In this document: in pieces, positions 36,008-45,614 of the stretch
Position numbering within the stretch: the stretch's first letter is position 1
Layout: the number at the start of each line of letters is the position of its first letter
Origin: an uncultured Riemerella sp.
GTDB taxonomy: Bacteria; Bacteroidota; Bacteroidia; Flavobacteriales; Weeksellaceae
Assembly (NCBI GenBank): GCA_937890925.1
Contig: CALAEK010000064.1
Location: forward strand, 591 to 64,590
Direction: 5' to 3'
Length of the DNA: 64,000 nucleotides
Made by a program: the position numbers and the translations under genes
The notes under the pieces: model-generated
What the model was told of the DNA's origin: nothing
What the model saw: the letters and a program-made list of their open reading frames with translations, nothing else
The model's database searches: none

Positions 36008-38084
36008 ATTAAAAAAAGTTGCGGTTTGTGATAATTGGCGACTTACCTCGAAAAATGGTTATGAGTGCGGCGGATACAGACAAGAAGACGCTCCTTTGGT
36101 GGAGTGGGATGTAAATCCGCCTACTATTGTTTTTGAATACATCAAAGGCAAAGGAATGCCCAGCCAGCAGACCAGCAGGCTTATTTTCCCAGAATTAGAC
36201 TTGTGGAATGATGCTCCATATAAGAAGTTTGTCTATAAAACTCGGGTGACTTATAACCTTGGCGCATCGAACTGGCTCAATGTCAGCACCAAGGAAAAGA
36301 TATTTAGAGAAGGGGGAAACAGCGGAAAGATTAACCCACGCCAAGCAGATGTTCTTTTGGATGTTACAGGGCTTGCGGGGCTGAGTGCGGGAAGATATTC
36401 AGCATCTATCATCTACGAAGCTTACGGGATAGATGACAGAGGCGGTGAACATTACATAGAGCCGAGTTCTGTTTCTGTAACGGTTAAATTAGAAGTTAAG
36501 CAGGGGCAGGCTTCTCCATCAGATTTGGTTACAGACAAGACAGATCTTGTTCTGACTTACAACAAGGCGACAAAGACCCTTAGTGGAGATACCAGGTTAG
36601 AAGTCCGCACTACGGAGCCTATTACTTTTAATATTACTCCAGATTGGGAGTCTTTTTATCCTTTTTCTTTGGACATTTCGAAAGAAACCGATAAAAGTAT
36701 TATAGAAGTTTCAAAGTCTGCATATTCAGACACCACACTAGTAGATTCTACTTATGAATTTCATGCAGAAATAAAAGCGGGAGGAAAGAAAAAGACAATC
36801 GTAATTTTATTTAAAACTATTTCGGGGGAAGTAGTGAAGGATTTTGATTTTTCTCCAAGAATTTTTGAAGATACTTTAATAAAAGGGGTAGATTCTGCAA
36901 AATCTTTCACTGCAGATATCATTAATCCAAATAATTTAGAAATCAGCGTTTCTCTAAAACCATCATTCATAGAAACTGCTGTGATAGAAGGTGGAAAACT
37001 GAAGCTCACTACAGTAAAGCCTGAGAGTATTCCTCCAGGGGCTTACAGCGGAGAAATCCTGCTGTCTGCTGGTTCGATAGAAAAGCGTTTTCCTGTAAGG
37101 TTGAAAATAGCAGAGAGTTTAAGATCAGATTTTAGAGGCGAAGCCTATTATTTTGCTCTGGACAAGAACAAGATAAAGATGAGCCAGAATAATCCTTTCT
37201 CCAGTTATGTGAAAATGAAGTTGGAGATGTTTTTCAAAGGCTATCAGCAGGAATATCAGGAGGTTCAGGAGTATGAATATCTTTATTTCAAAAATGAAGT
37301 AGAGATTTTCCCTGGAGAGGAAATCCAAGATTTTTTTGCCAGATGTAGAGAGCTTTATCCACTGAATGATGTGGGTTATCAGTATAGTTTCGCTTTGGTA
37401 AATATTACCATTACCGAGCATAATACAGAAGATGAACAGCTTTCAGAATACCAGATAAAGAATGTTTTCTTTGTTCCTGGTAGAAGACCGAAGTGCTTCC
37501 CGTTATTTACCAATCATCCTATGCGCAGAACCTATCCAGAATCTGTAATCCGAATCAGTGCAGATGCTATTTCGGAAAAGGCAGAATTTGTTCCGCTGAT
37601 GAATATTTATCAAGGAGGAAAACCCGCTTTTGAGAAGAAAAACGAGGTTCGATCTCATAATTTTATCCGAAAATTATTCGCTGGAAAAGAGAACGAAATC
37701 ATTACTGCTGGGGAGATTAAATATATTCCGTTCCCAGAGGTTGAAAATCCGATTCATATTTTCTTTGAAACGGAGAACTTGGTGTTTGAGTGGTTCTCTG
37801 CTCACGATAAATACCGAATGATTTCAGAGTTTGAGCATTATTTTGATGCCGAAAACAAATTAAAATACGGCAGTAAAAGGAAGAAATCGCTTACTATCAA
37901 TACAGGCTGGATTCTTCGGGAGGAAATTGCGCTGATAGACGACCTGCTGGGGTCTAATCTATGTTTTATCATGATTGGCAATTTAAGGCTGAAAGCCGTA
38001 GCTGTAGGTAAGAAAAACGAAATGTATGATACCAGCGAACATCTGTATCAGATGGATTTAGAGTTTAATGTGATAGAGGAATGA
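35991..38084 (+). CDS. Tail protein (distal tail / baseplate candidate)
   Basis: 697-aa ORF immediately after the tape measure. The call is positional. Confidence 0.5.
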   Translation: MAKKIRLKKVAVCDNWRLTSKNGYECGGYRQEDAPLVEWDVNPPTIVFEYIKGKGMPSQQTSRLIFPELDLWNDAPYKKFVYKTRVTYNLGASNWLNVSTKEKIFREGGNSGKINPRQADVLLDVTGLAGLSAGRYSASIIYEAYGIDDRGGEHYIEPSSVSVTVKLEVKQGQASPSDLVTDKTDLVLTYNKATKTLSGDTRLEVRTTEPITFNITPDWESFYPFSLDISKETDKSIIEVSKSAYSDTTLVDSTYEFHAEIKAGGKKKTIVILFKTISGEVVKDFDFSPRIFEDTLIKGVDSAKSFTADIINPNNLEISVSLKPSFIETAVIEGGKLKLTTVKPESIPPGAYSGEILLSAGSIEKRFPVRLKIAESLRSDFRGEAYYFALDKNKIKMSQNNPFSSYVKMKLEMFFKGYQQEYQEVQEYEYLYFKNEVEIFPGEEIQDFFARCRELYPLNDVGYQYSFALVNITITEHNTEDEQLSEYQIKNVFFVPGRRPKCFPLFTNHPMRRTYPESVIRISADAISEKAEFVPLMNIYQGGKPAFEKKNEVRSHNFIRKLFAGKENEIITAGEIKYIPFPEVENPIHIFFETENLVFEWFSAHDKYRMISEFEHYFDAENKLKYGSKRKKSLTINTGWILREEIALIDDLLGSNLCFIMIGNLRLKAVAVGKKNEMYDTSEHLYQMDLEFNVIEE

Positions 38085-38575
38085 TGATTATTCATATTAT
38101 AGGCGGTATTTGTTCAGGAAAAACTTCTGTCATTGAGAAACTTCGAGAGGAATTTCCAGATATTCTTACATTAATGATAGATGAAGAACGAATGGTAGAT
38201 ATTTCGAAATCTGAAGAAACTATATTTCGCAAAATAGAATCAAGTCAGAGCGATGTTATTGTAATGGAAACGAGCGGACTTAATTATCTGGTTAATAAAT
38301 ATCTTGATAATAAAAATGTTGTAACTATAAAATTAATAGTAAATCATGATGAATTGAAGAAAAGAGTTTTAAAAAGACAAACCGATGAAAATTATCAGCG
38401 AAAATATTTCTGGGGAAATAAAGATTTTGAAGATATAGTAAATTTTAATGACAGTGTATATCATCATACACAGAGTGATGTGGAGATAGATACTTCTTTT
38501 AATTCTGAAGAGGAAATTTATTATATGATTAAAAATATAATTGTAAACAAAAAACAATGCAAGACAAATTTATAA
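38081..38575 (+). CDS. P-loop NTPase / small-molecule-kinase-like protein
   Basis: N-terminal Walker A IIHIIGGICSGKTS and Walker B-like DVIVMETSG. 164 aa. Extremely AT-rich (some 60-nt lines are below 20% GC) compared with about 40% in the flanking tail genes. Both ends overlap neighbouring genes. Confidence 0.55.
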   Translation: MMIIHIIGGICSGKTSVIEKLREEFPDILTLMIDEERMVDISKSEETIFRKIESSQSDVIVMETSGLNYLVNKYLDNKNVVTIKLIVNHDELKKRVLKRQTDENYQRKYFWGNKDFEDIVNFNDSVYHHTQSDVEIDTSFNSEEEIYYMIKNIIVNKKQCKTNL

Positions 38576-40398
38576 CCAACGAGGGGATTGAAATTCCGCT
38601 GGACGGGCTTTCGTTTAGTTTTACCGAAGAAAACCCAAGGTTCAAGGACAGCTTCTGGACCAATTACACTTTGCCCATAGAGTGTCCTTATACAGTGGAA
38701 TTCCTTAGGAAAATAGGTCAGTTTTCTTCGCTTGACAATTCTAAACTTAAGCGGTTTCATGATGGGATCCATATCCACGAGGGGAAGCGGAGAAAAGGAA
38801 AAATCGAGATTCTGGAGTTTGGGACAAAGTCGCTAAAATTCCAGATTGATTCTGGATTTGAAAACTTGCCGAATTTTGACAAAAAACTAGCAGATCTGCC
38901 TTTGCATAATTTCGAAGTTCCAGACATCTACCAGCACGCCAATGAAGTTGTGGAAAAGAGCTATCCTGCATCTGATTATAATTTTCCAAAACTCTATACA
39001 GATGAATACAATCTGGACAGCGAGGAGTGGAAATATTTTGATTCGATGATAAATAATAGAGTGCAGGAACAAGGGAAAGCTGTAAAAAGTTTCCCTAGGA
39101 ATAGAGTAGAGGACGGCATGGATGTTTATAATAAAAACATTATCCACCCGATGCCGTATTTGCTCTATGTTCTAAAGGCTGGGTTTAAAGATGCAGGGTT
39201 CCAGCTTATGGGGGATATTCTTAGCGATGAGCATCTGCTACAGAGATGTATTTTTACTGATAAAAACTATTATACCACAGGAGACCAAAAACTATATAAA
39301 CTCAGCATGTTCAAGGAGGAAGTATATTTGACCGAGCGGACTCCTGGGGGCGATATGTTTGGGAAGTGGAAAAAATCAGTAGTGATAGAGGCGCCAGGGA
39401 AATACAGAATTTATTTCAAAGTGCATAATGCATTGAAGGGCGCCGATGTTAATCTCTATTACGGAGGCAAGCATGTTTATTCTTTCGGTGCTGGTAATCA
39501 GCGCCAAGTGGTGGAAAATCTGAGTTTTGTTTTAGATGTCAGCGAGCAGGATGCTGTAGATAGAAAGGAATTTGTCTTTGAGTATTACGGCTATTTAGAG
39601 GCTCCGCATTTGATGGATTCTTCTAAAAAAGATATAGGTCTAGCGTATATGGAAATCCGCCCGATGAGACAGCACACCATAGAGGGCAATGTGATTCCGT
39701 ATGTATTTAATTTTAACAGAGTTAATCTTAAAAAGGCGGTGCCAGATATGTCGTTCGGGGATTTGGTGACCATCATCAAGAACTGGAGGAATTACGACCT
39801 TACTTTTGACGGCTCCAAGGCTATTATGAATCTTATTAGAATTGATAAAAGCAAAGAGCCAGAGGATTTCAGAGCCTTTGAGGTAGAAAATCCTATCAGG
39901 AAATTTACTGATAAAGAGTATTTTCATTTGAAATTTCCAGAAGTGGAGGGAATGGAAAACAGAAATATTTTCTTCAATGAAAAAGGCTATCAGCTCAATC
40001 CTCATTTTGTGCCTGAAAATACTACAGAAGTTACTGTTAATGGCTTTTGTCTTCCGATGGCGTTTTTCCGTGGTGCTAATACCGCCAAGGCTTACAAGGA
40101 AAGTTCCTTGATGTTGGTTTATTACTCAGGGCTGGACAGAGACGGCGATAACCACGCCACCAATCCGAGAGGGCTAGAAGGAGAGGAGTGCGCCGAGCAT
40201 CTTAAGCCCTGGTATATGAACAGGTTGTCTAACTTCAGTTACAAATGGACATTCATTGCGGAAAAAAACAAAATCCGTAAGTATGATATCCGCTCGGAAA
40301 TTTTCGCCTACAACAAAAGGCACTGGATAAAATCCTGGGTAAAAAATTCCATTTCGGATAAATACTATTCTATAGAGATAGAAACTGAAACTTATTAA
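38557..40398 (+). CDS. Tail protein (tip/baseplate candidate)
   Basis: 613-aa ORF, the last gene of the late operon. The call is positional. Confidence 0.5.
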   Translation: MQDKFITNEGIEIPLDGLSFSFTEENPRFKDSFWTNYTLPIECPYTVEFLRKIGQFSSLDNSKLKRFHDGIHIHEGKRRKGKIEILEFGTKSLKFQIDSGFENLPNFDKKLADLPLHNFEVPDIYQHANEVVEKSYPASDYNFPKLYTDEYNLDSEEWKYFDSMINNRVQEQGKAVKSFPRNRVEDGMDVYNKNIIHPMPYLLYVLKAGFKDAGFQLMGDILSDEHLLQRCIFTDKNYYTTGDQKLYKLSMFKEEVYLTERTPGGDMFGKWKKSVVIEAPGKYRIYFKVHNALKGADVNLYYGGKHVYSFGAGNQRQVVENLSFVLDVSEQDAVDRKEFVFEYYGYLEAPHLMDSSKKDIGLAYMEIRPMRQHTIEGNVIPYVFNFNRVNLKKAVPDMSFGDLVTIIKNWRNYDLTFDGSKAIMNLIRIDKSKEPEDFRAFEVENPIRKFTDKEYFHLKFPEVEGMENRNIFFNEKGYQLNPHFVPENTTEVTVNGFCLPMAFFRGANTAKAYKESSLMLVYYSGLDRDGDNHATNPRGLEGEECAEHLKPWYMNRLSNFSYKWTFIAEKNKIRKYDIRSEIFAYNKRHWIKSWVKNSISDKYYSIEIETETY

Positions 40399-40401
40399 AA
40401 T

Positions 40402-40429
40402 AAACCTCTGATTTTTATATCAGAGGTTT
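40402..40429. terminator. Bidirectional terminator between the tail operon and the integrase
   Basis: AAACCTCTGAT-TTTTAT-ATCAGAGGTTT. Confidence 0.6.
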
Positions 40430-41593
40430 ATCGTTTGTTTCTAATAAGTGACTATAGTCATCTGGTAATTCAGCATCTATATCACGGAGGTATTTTTCAA
40501 GAGCAGTCATGGTGCTGTGTCCTGTAATGAGCATTATATTTGACTTTGTTTCAAAGGGGGTGTATGATTTTCTCAATTCTCTATAAAGGTGCGTTATATA
40601 TGTGTGTCTGAAAGAATACATAGTGTAATCTTTTCCTAATCCAAGTTGTTTTTTTATTTTAGAAAATCTTTTTGTCCAGTAATCACGCCGCCCTACTTCT
40701 GAAACATTCCATTCCTGGGCAAATCCAAAAGGTGTAAAGAGAAAGTTGTCTGGTTTTTTGTTTTCTAAGAAATATAGATCTTGCAAAAGTATTTTTGGGA
40801 TTATTTGCGTTTTAAGTGTTTTGTTTTTGGTTTGAATAGTAAGAGAAGCATTTTTAATATCAATATCTTTTACCTTTAACCTGCATACTTCCAGAGGTCT
40901 AAGGAAATTATAAGAGATGAATTTTATGAATAAATGTAGTTCTTTGTCCTGTTTTTGTAAAGTTTCAAAAATTGTCTGAGCTTGATTTGGGGTATAGGTT
41001 TTATTTCGTTCAGGTTTTGCATTGATTACCTTTATCTTTTTGACAAAGTTTTCAGGGATGTATTCGTTTTCCTCTAAAAAAGAAAAAAATATAGAGAGGT
41101 TGGCTCTTAGGTTGTTTCTGTTTTTTGCACTGGTTGTTTCCAGTGTTTCGTTAAGAAAGTTGGTAACTGTTTTTTTTGTGATATTGGTTATATTTCCATA
41201 GACTTGTTTTTCATTAAGCCATTTTTCAAAGCGTTTTAACCTATAACTATAATCTTTGAATGAACTTTCTTTCATAACGGCTTTGGCGTTGTTGATTGCC
41301 AGTTCTATAGCATCTTTGATGTTTATTTCTTTGTTTTCTGAATATGCATCTTTTTGGTATGCTGTAGGAACACAACCTTCATTAAGCATTTTTTCTAACA
41401 CATTTCGTATATCTGTTAGGTATTTTCTTCTTTCACGGGCATCTTTTATCCTGTTTGCATTTTGGTAAATAGGAGATTGTCTTTCCATCTTCCCTGTTTG
41501 GGGATTTCTATAATAGAAATACACATACCATCTTTTGGAAAGATCTCCTCCTGCATCGTATATTCTGGGTTTAGAAAACAGCAGGCTTTTCAT
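40415..41593 (-). CDS. Tyrosine recombinase (phage integrase)
   Basis: HxxR is MYSFRHTYITHLY and the catalytic Tyr region is GHSTMTALEKYLRD. The Arm-type N-terminus is KPRIYDAGGDLSKRWYVYFYY. The start is placed at M58 of track ORF 40415..41764. Confidence 0.85.
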   Translation of the reverse strand: MKSLLFSKPRIYDAGGDLSKRWYVYFYYRNPQTGKMERQSPIYQNANRIKDARERRKYLTDIRNVLEKMLNEGCVPTAYQKDAYSENKEINIKDAIELAINNAKAVMKESSFKDYSYRLKRFEKWLNEKQVYGNITNITKKTVTNFLNETLETTSAKNRNNLRANLSIFFSFLEENEYIPENFVKKIKVINAKPERNKTYTPNQAQTIFETLQKQDKELHLFIKFISYNFLRPLEVCRLKVKDIDIKNASLTIQTKNKTLKTQIIPKILLQDLYFLENKKPDNFLFTPFGFAQEWNVSEVGRRDYWTKRFSKIKKQLGLGKDYTMYSFRHTYITHLYRELRKSYTPFETKSNIMLITGHSTMTALEKYLRDIDAELPDDYSHLLETNDKPLI

Positions 41594-41660
41594 TTTACAG
41601 TATTCGTTTTTGTATTCGTTTTCGTATTCAATTCTCAAACGGCGTCTAAATTCGTCCATA

Positions 41661-41690
41661 GAAAAAGCGGTTTTGTAATACAAACCGCTT
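41661..41690 (-). terminator. Minus-strand terminator upstream of the integrase start
   Basis: On the minus strand, AAGCGGTTTGTATTACAAAACCGCTT followed by T5. Confidence 0.5.
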
Positions 41691-42045
41691 ATTTCCAATA
41701 ACTTATTTTTTGTAGCGAAGACGGGACTTGAATTTTTATGCTGTATATTCTCATAAATTAACAAATTGTTGTAAATCAGGGTTTTTACGGTATTCCATAG
41801 TTTAACATACTATCATAAATTACTATAAACTATCATCAAATTAGTCCCTGTTTTTTATAATTAGGGACTTTGAATTATAACCTTTCCTTAATGTTAAATA
41901 TGGGTTTTGCAAAACTATCCATCAAATTCAAATTTAACTATTATAATTATATACAGGGCTTACGAAAAAGAAACTAAGAGCTACATTGTTTTACAAATAT
42001 ACCTATTGGTATAGTTATATAGTATTAAAGTTGGTTTTATTGTAT

Positions 42046-43302
42046 TTATAGCAAATTAAATTTTTCCATTGCGCTTATTTTAGTTTCATCAGCAATATCA
42101 ATATAAGGCTTCATAGCCTTGTAATCACTGTGTCCTGTCCATTTCATCACAACTTGTGGTGGAATACCTAAAGATAAAGCATTGCAAATAAAGGTTCTTC
42201 GTCCTGCATGAGTACTCATTAAAGCATATTTTGGTAAAACTTCATCAATTCTTTCCCCACCCCTGTAATAGGTTTCTCTAATAGGCTCATCTATTCCTGC
42301 TAATTCCGAAAATTCTTTAAGATAATCATTCATTTTTTGATTACTAATAGTAGGAAAAATTTTCTCATCAAACATTTTATCTATAAGGTATTTATCTAAA
42401 ATAGATTTACTATGTTTATTTAATTCTATGATTAGATTATCAACCGTTTTAATTGTAGTAATCTCTATATATCCATCTTTAATATCATTTCTTTTTAGAT
42501 TAATAACATCTGAAAATCTCAATCCTGTATAACACTGAAACAGGAAAATGTCCCTTATTTTTTCTAAATGGGTTTTGTTTTCTGGAATTGTGAAATTCTT
42601 AAATTTCTCCAATTCGGATTGGGTGAGAAATATGATTTTTTTCTGTGTTGATTTTAATTTTGGTTTAAATAATTCAAAGCTACTATCATTCATATATCCC
42701 TTTTTAACTGCCCATTTTAGAAACCATTTTACAGAAGATATGATTTTACTAATAGTTGAGTTTTTATGCTTTAATTCATTCTGAAGATATAATTGAAATT
42801 CTGACAATTTTTCTTCATTTAACTGAGATAGTGATAACTCAATATCAAAATCTTGCAAGTGTTTTTTAAGTCCTTGCATTTTTAATTTTGTTCGAAAAGC
42901 CCACTGATTTATTTCTGATTCTTCTTTAATGAATTTATCAAAAATACTAAATAAAGTATCTTCTATAATTCGTTTGTTTTTACCTATCCCCTTATTGAAT
43001 TCTATTCTAAATTCATCAGCGGTAGGTATTTTATTTTCTGCATTAAATTTTGTAAATATGTTTTCACACACCTCTTCATATCTTTGTATCTTACGATTGA
43101 TGACATTTGCAGGAACTTTCTTGTCACCATGTGTAGTATTTATTTTACAGCGTTGAGTTTCCTTACTCCACTTATCAACTTCTATTCTATAGCCTACATT
43201 AAAAGCAACAATAAATCCACTCCATTTTATCCTATAACGAAGTTTAGCAGTAGGATTGTCTTTTTCTTTGTCTAATAAAAATTGTGCGTGGTATTTTATC
43301 AT
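42046..43302 (-). CDS. Tyrosine recombinase (integrase) with an Arm-type N-terminus
   Basis: AKLRYRIKWSGFIVAFNVGYRI (arm-binding domain), STHAGRRTFICNAL and GHSDYKAMKPYID (catalytic Tyr). Confidence 0.85.
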   Translation of the reverse strand: MIKYHAQFLLDKEKDNPTAKLRYRIKWSGFIVAFNVGYRIEVDKWSKETQRCKINTTHGDKKVPANVINRKIQRYEEVCENIFTKFNAENKIPTADEFRIEFNKGIGKNKRIIEDTLFSIFDKFIKEESEINQWAFRTKLKMQGLKKHLQDFDIELSLSQLNEEKLSEFQLYLQNELKHKNSTISKIISSVKWFLKWAVKKGYMNDSSFELFKPKLKSTQKKIIFLTQSELEKFKNFTIPENKTHLEKIRDIFLFQCYTGLRFSDVINLKRNDIKDGYIEITTIKTVDNLIIELNKHSKSILDKYLIDKMFDEKIFPTISNQKMNDYLKEFSELAGIDEPIRETYYRGGERIDEVLPKYALMSTHAGRRTFICNALSLGIPPQVVMKWTGHSDYKAMKPYIDIADETKISAMEKFNLL

Positions 43303-43928
43303 TTACTATTAAATTCTATAGTTATTCCACCTGTTCTTTCAAGTTCACTAAATTCGTATTCTTTTGAAATCAATAATTTGCCATCTGAATATATATTTAT
43401 TGTTTTAGTAAGATTTGTAGGCTCATTATGTTTAAAATCTTTGCGATATGTTCCCATTATTCTTAATATTCCAGATAAAACAGGAGCTGTGGTTTCGTAA
43501 ATTTCTATTTCTTTTAAAGGTATATTGGGGTCGCTTTCTACTCCACTATATCCTTGAAAAACAAATATAGTGTGTTCATTAATAGTACCTCCTTCTCCTC
43601 TCCAATTTATTTTATCATAAGTTTCATCCACTACAATATTTGGTGTGTGTTCGGAATATTTCAGAATAGGAGAGAAATCATTATTGTTTACTTTTTTAAA
43701 CTCTAAATATAGAATTTGGTATAAGTCTTTATAATCTCCTTTATTTATAACTTCTATTTTAATTTTTCTTTCATCTTTGGAAATGCATTTTTTTACACTC
43801 TCGGTGGTAGGTTTTTTATAAATATCCCAACCATTCCATCTCTTCATTATATCTGTACAATTATCTTTCTTTTGAGCAGAAAAAAAGATAGCATGAAATG
43901 TTAATGCTACAAGGAGAATCTTTTTCAT
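43299..43928 (-). CDS. Secreted protein in the lysogeny operon (superinfection-exclusion candidate)
   Basis: Signal peptide MKKILLVALTFHAIFFSAQ. It lies between the repressor and the integrase on the same strand, with a 4-nt overlap with int. Confidence 0.5.
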   Translation of the reverse strand: MKKILLVALTFHAIFFSAQKKDNCTDIMKRWNGWDIYKKPTTESVKKCISKDERKIKIEVINKGDYKDLYQILYLEFKKVNNNDFSPILKYSEHTPNIVVDETYDKINWRGEGGTINEHTIFVFQGYSGVESDPNIPLKEIEIYETTAPVLSGILRIMGTYRKDFKHNEPTNLTKTINIYSDGKLLISKEYEFSELERTGGITIEFNSK

Positions 43929-43930
43929 AA

Positions 43931-44338
43931 TTACTTATTCTTTAGAATTTCCAATAATGTATCTATTTGTTTTTGACTTGTTTTTAATCTTTCATTTAAT
44001 TCCTTTTGTACATCTTGATACCCTTTTTGAAGCTCTAATAAATTTGAAAAATCATTGTGGGAAATTGTCACATTTCCTTCAATGTTATTTATATTACTGT
44101 TTATACTATTATTTCCTTTTGCTTTTTGCGTATTTATTGGTTTAATCATTTCTCCTTTTCCTGTTAAAAGCCATTTTTCATTTAATTGAGGGTACACATT
44201 CAATATCTTATTTAAACTTCGAGAGCTGATACTTTCTCCTAAATTATTAACATATCCAGCAGATAAACCTACATTTTGAGCAAATTTATTTTGTCCAATG
44301 CCTAAATATTCTAAAAAAATTATTAATCTATCTTTCAT
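43931..44338 (-). CDS. cI-like HTH repressor
   Basis: HTH FLEYLGIGQNKFAQNVGLSAGYVNNL, motif WLLTGKGEM and a coiled-coil C-terminus. Homolog of 33..431. Confidence 0.75.
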   Translation of the reverse strand: MKDRLIIFLEYLGIGQNKFAQNVGLSAGYVNNLGESISSRSLNKILNVYPQLNEKWLLTGKGEMIKPINTQKAKGNNSINSNINNIEGNVTISHNDFSNLLELQKGYQDVQKELNERLKTSQKQIDTLLEILKNK

Positions 44339-44487
44339 AAAAATTTTGTTTCTGATAATCAGTTATTTATAATGATGTTCATATAATAAAGTATATAAAT
44401 CATATTATTTTATATAAAAAATTATATATTCGCAATATAAATATAGTTATATTTTAAATACAAATTAACAACAAATATATAAAAATT

Positions 44488-44742
44488 ATGGAAGTAAGTG
44501 AAACCATCATTGAAAAAATACTGAATGATAATAACTTCAGTATAGAATTAGCAAAAAGACTTGGAAATCAGCAACAATCAGTTCTTGGTTTAGCAAGAAG
44601 GAATAGCAGGAATCTAACCCTTTGGGAAGCGGTAATGTTCTATAAAGAACAAGGCTTTACAGAAGAAGAGATTTTTAAAAATTATCAGTTATATAATTCA
44701 TCAGTAAAACCTAAAAAATCTAAAAATGAAAGAGTTAATTAA
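44488..44742 (+). CDS. Cro-like small regulator
   Basis: Homolog of 521..718, divergent from the repressor. Confidence 0.6.
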   Translation: MEVSETIIEKILNDNNFSIELAKRLGNQQQSVLGLARRNSRNLTLWEAVMFYKEQGFTEEEIFKNYQLYNSSVKPKKSKNERVN

Positions 44743-45322
44743 AATTACACAACACAATGGAAATTCTTTTATTTCAGCGAGAGAATTACATAAGTTTTTG
44801 GAGGTAGGAAAAGTTTTTGGAGCATGGATAAATGAGCGTATTGAGCAATTTGGATTCATTGAAAATCAAGACTATGTAGTTTTTTCCGAAATTGGAAAAA
44901 ACCCAAAAGGAGGACGCCCAATGAAAGAATACCTTCTTTCAATAGATATGGCAAAAGAACTTTCAATGCTGGAAAGAAACGAAAAAGGAAAACAAGCAAG
45001 AATATACTTTATAGAATGTGAAAAAAGGCTCAGAGAGCAAAGTCTAAATTATTATTCTATTGAAGTTTCCCCTGAAAGAATAGCAGAAAGAAGAAAAATA
45101 TTACAAAAACAATTTGTAGAAGAACTTCGCAAATACTTTTATAGAGGGGATTTGACAAATGTTTCCAAAGAAAATAAAATTTCTTATAATAAAATAATTA
45201 GAGTGATGAATGGAAACTCCTTTGACGACAGAATTATAGATATTCTCTATGAAAAAGCAATGAATAATAAGTATTCTTTGGAATGTAAAATGGAAGTAAT
45301 GATAACCGACTTAAAATCATAA
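44726..45322 (+). CDS. AntA/Rha-type phage antirepressor
   Basis: ISARELHKFLEVGKVFGAWINERIEQFGFIENQDYVVF ... LSIDMAKELSMLERNEKGKQARIYFIECEKRL is typical of AntA-like antirepressor N-terminal domains. Confidence 0.7.
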   Translation: MKELIKITQHNGNSFISARELHKFLEVGKVFGAWINERIEQFGFIENQDYVVFSEIGKNPKGGRPMKEYLLSIDMAKELSMLERNEKGKQARIYFIECEKRLREQSLNYYSIEVSPERIAERRKILQKQFVEELRKYFYRGDLTNVSKENKISYNKIIRVMNGNSFDDRIIDILYEKAMNNKYSLECKMEVMITDLKS

Positions 45323-45324
45323 AA

Positions 45325-45609
45325 ATGAATATTGATAGAGACACTCCAATGTGGCAACTGACTCTTGGTGATTTTTTACAAGCATTTCAGAAATATACCG
45401 AAATACCTAATAATCCAGAACAAGAAGTTATAGAAAAAAAAGAGTATGTATATGGAATTAATGGTCTAGCAGATTTAATAGGGTGTTCTAAAACCCACGC
45501 TTCTCGATTAAAAAGTCAAGGAATATTTGATGAAGCGATAATCCAAAGAGGCAGAAAAATAATTATTGATAGAGAAAAAGCTTTAGAGTTATTTAATAAT
45601 AAATTATAA
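45325..45609 (+). CDS. DUF3853-like HTH (excisionase-like) protein, paralog 1
   Basis: EYVYGINGLADLIGCSKTHASRLKSQGIFDEAIIQRGRKIIIDREKALELF. Confidence 0.6.
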   Translation: MNIDRDTPMWQLTLGDFLQAFQKYTEIPNNPEQEVIEKKEYVYGINGLADLIGCSKTHASRLKSQGIFDEAIIQRGRKIIIDREKALELFNNKL

Positions 45610-45614
45610 ATACT

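Larger units (their letters stand above)
1..41764. mobile_element. Temperate siphovirus-like prophage; left boundary outside the window, right boundary next to the integrase
   Basis: Almost unidirectional (+) gene block: lysogeny switch, replication, head genes, terminase/portal, tail fibre, lysis, tape measure, tail genes, then a tyrosine integrase on the minus strand. The repressor gene opens the window, so attL cannot be seen. Confidence 0.8.

Noticed and set aside
41462-41701. 79-aa plus-strand ORF with an FVFVFVFVF tract
   Set aside because: It is an artefact of the 12-bp tandem repeat read on the wrong strand, within the leader of the integrase gene.
41765-42045. tRNA or tmRNA fragment as an integration target between the two integrases, and likewise at 49009-49141
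   Set aside because: No cloverleaf-compatible stems or a conserved T-loop (GTTCRANYC) were seen. Only weak shared AT-rich octamers (TATATAGT) link the two junctions, which is not convincing as att repeats.
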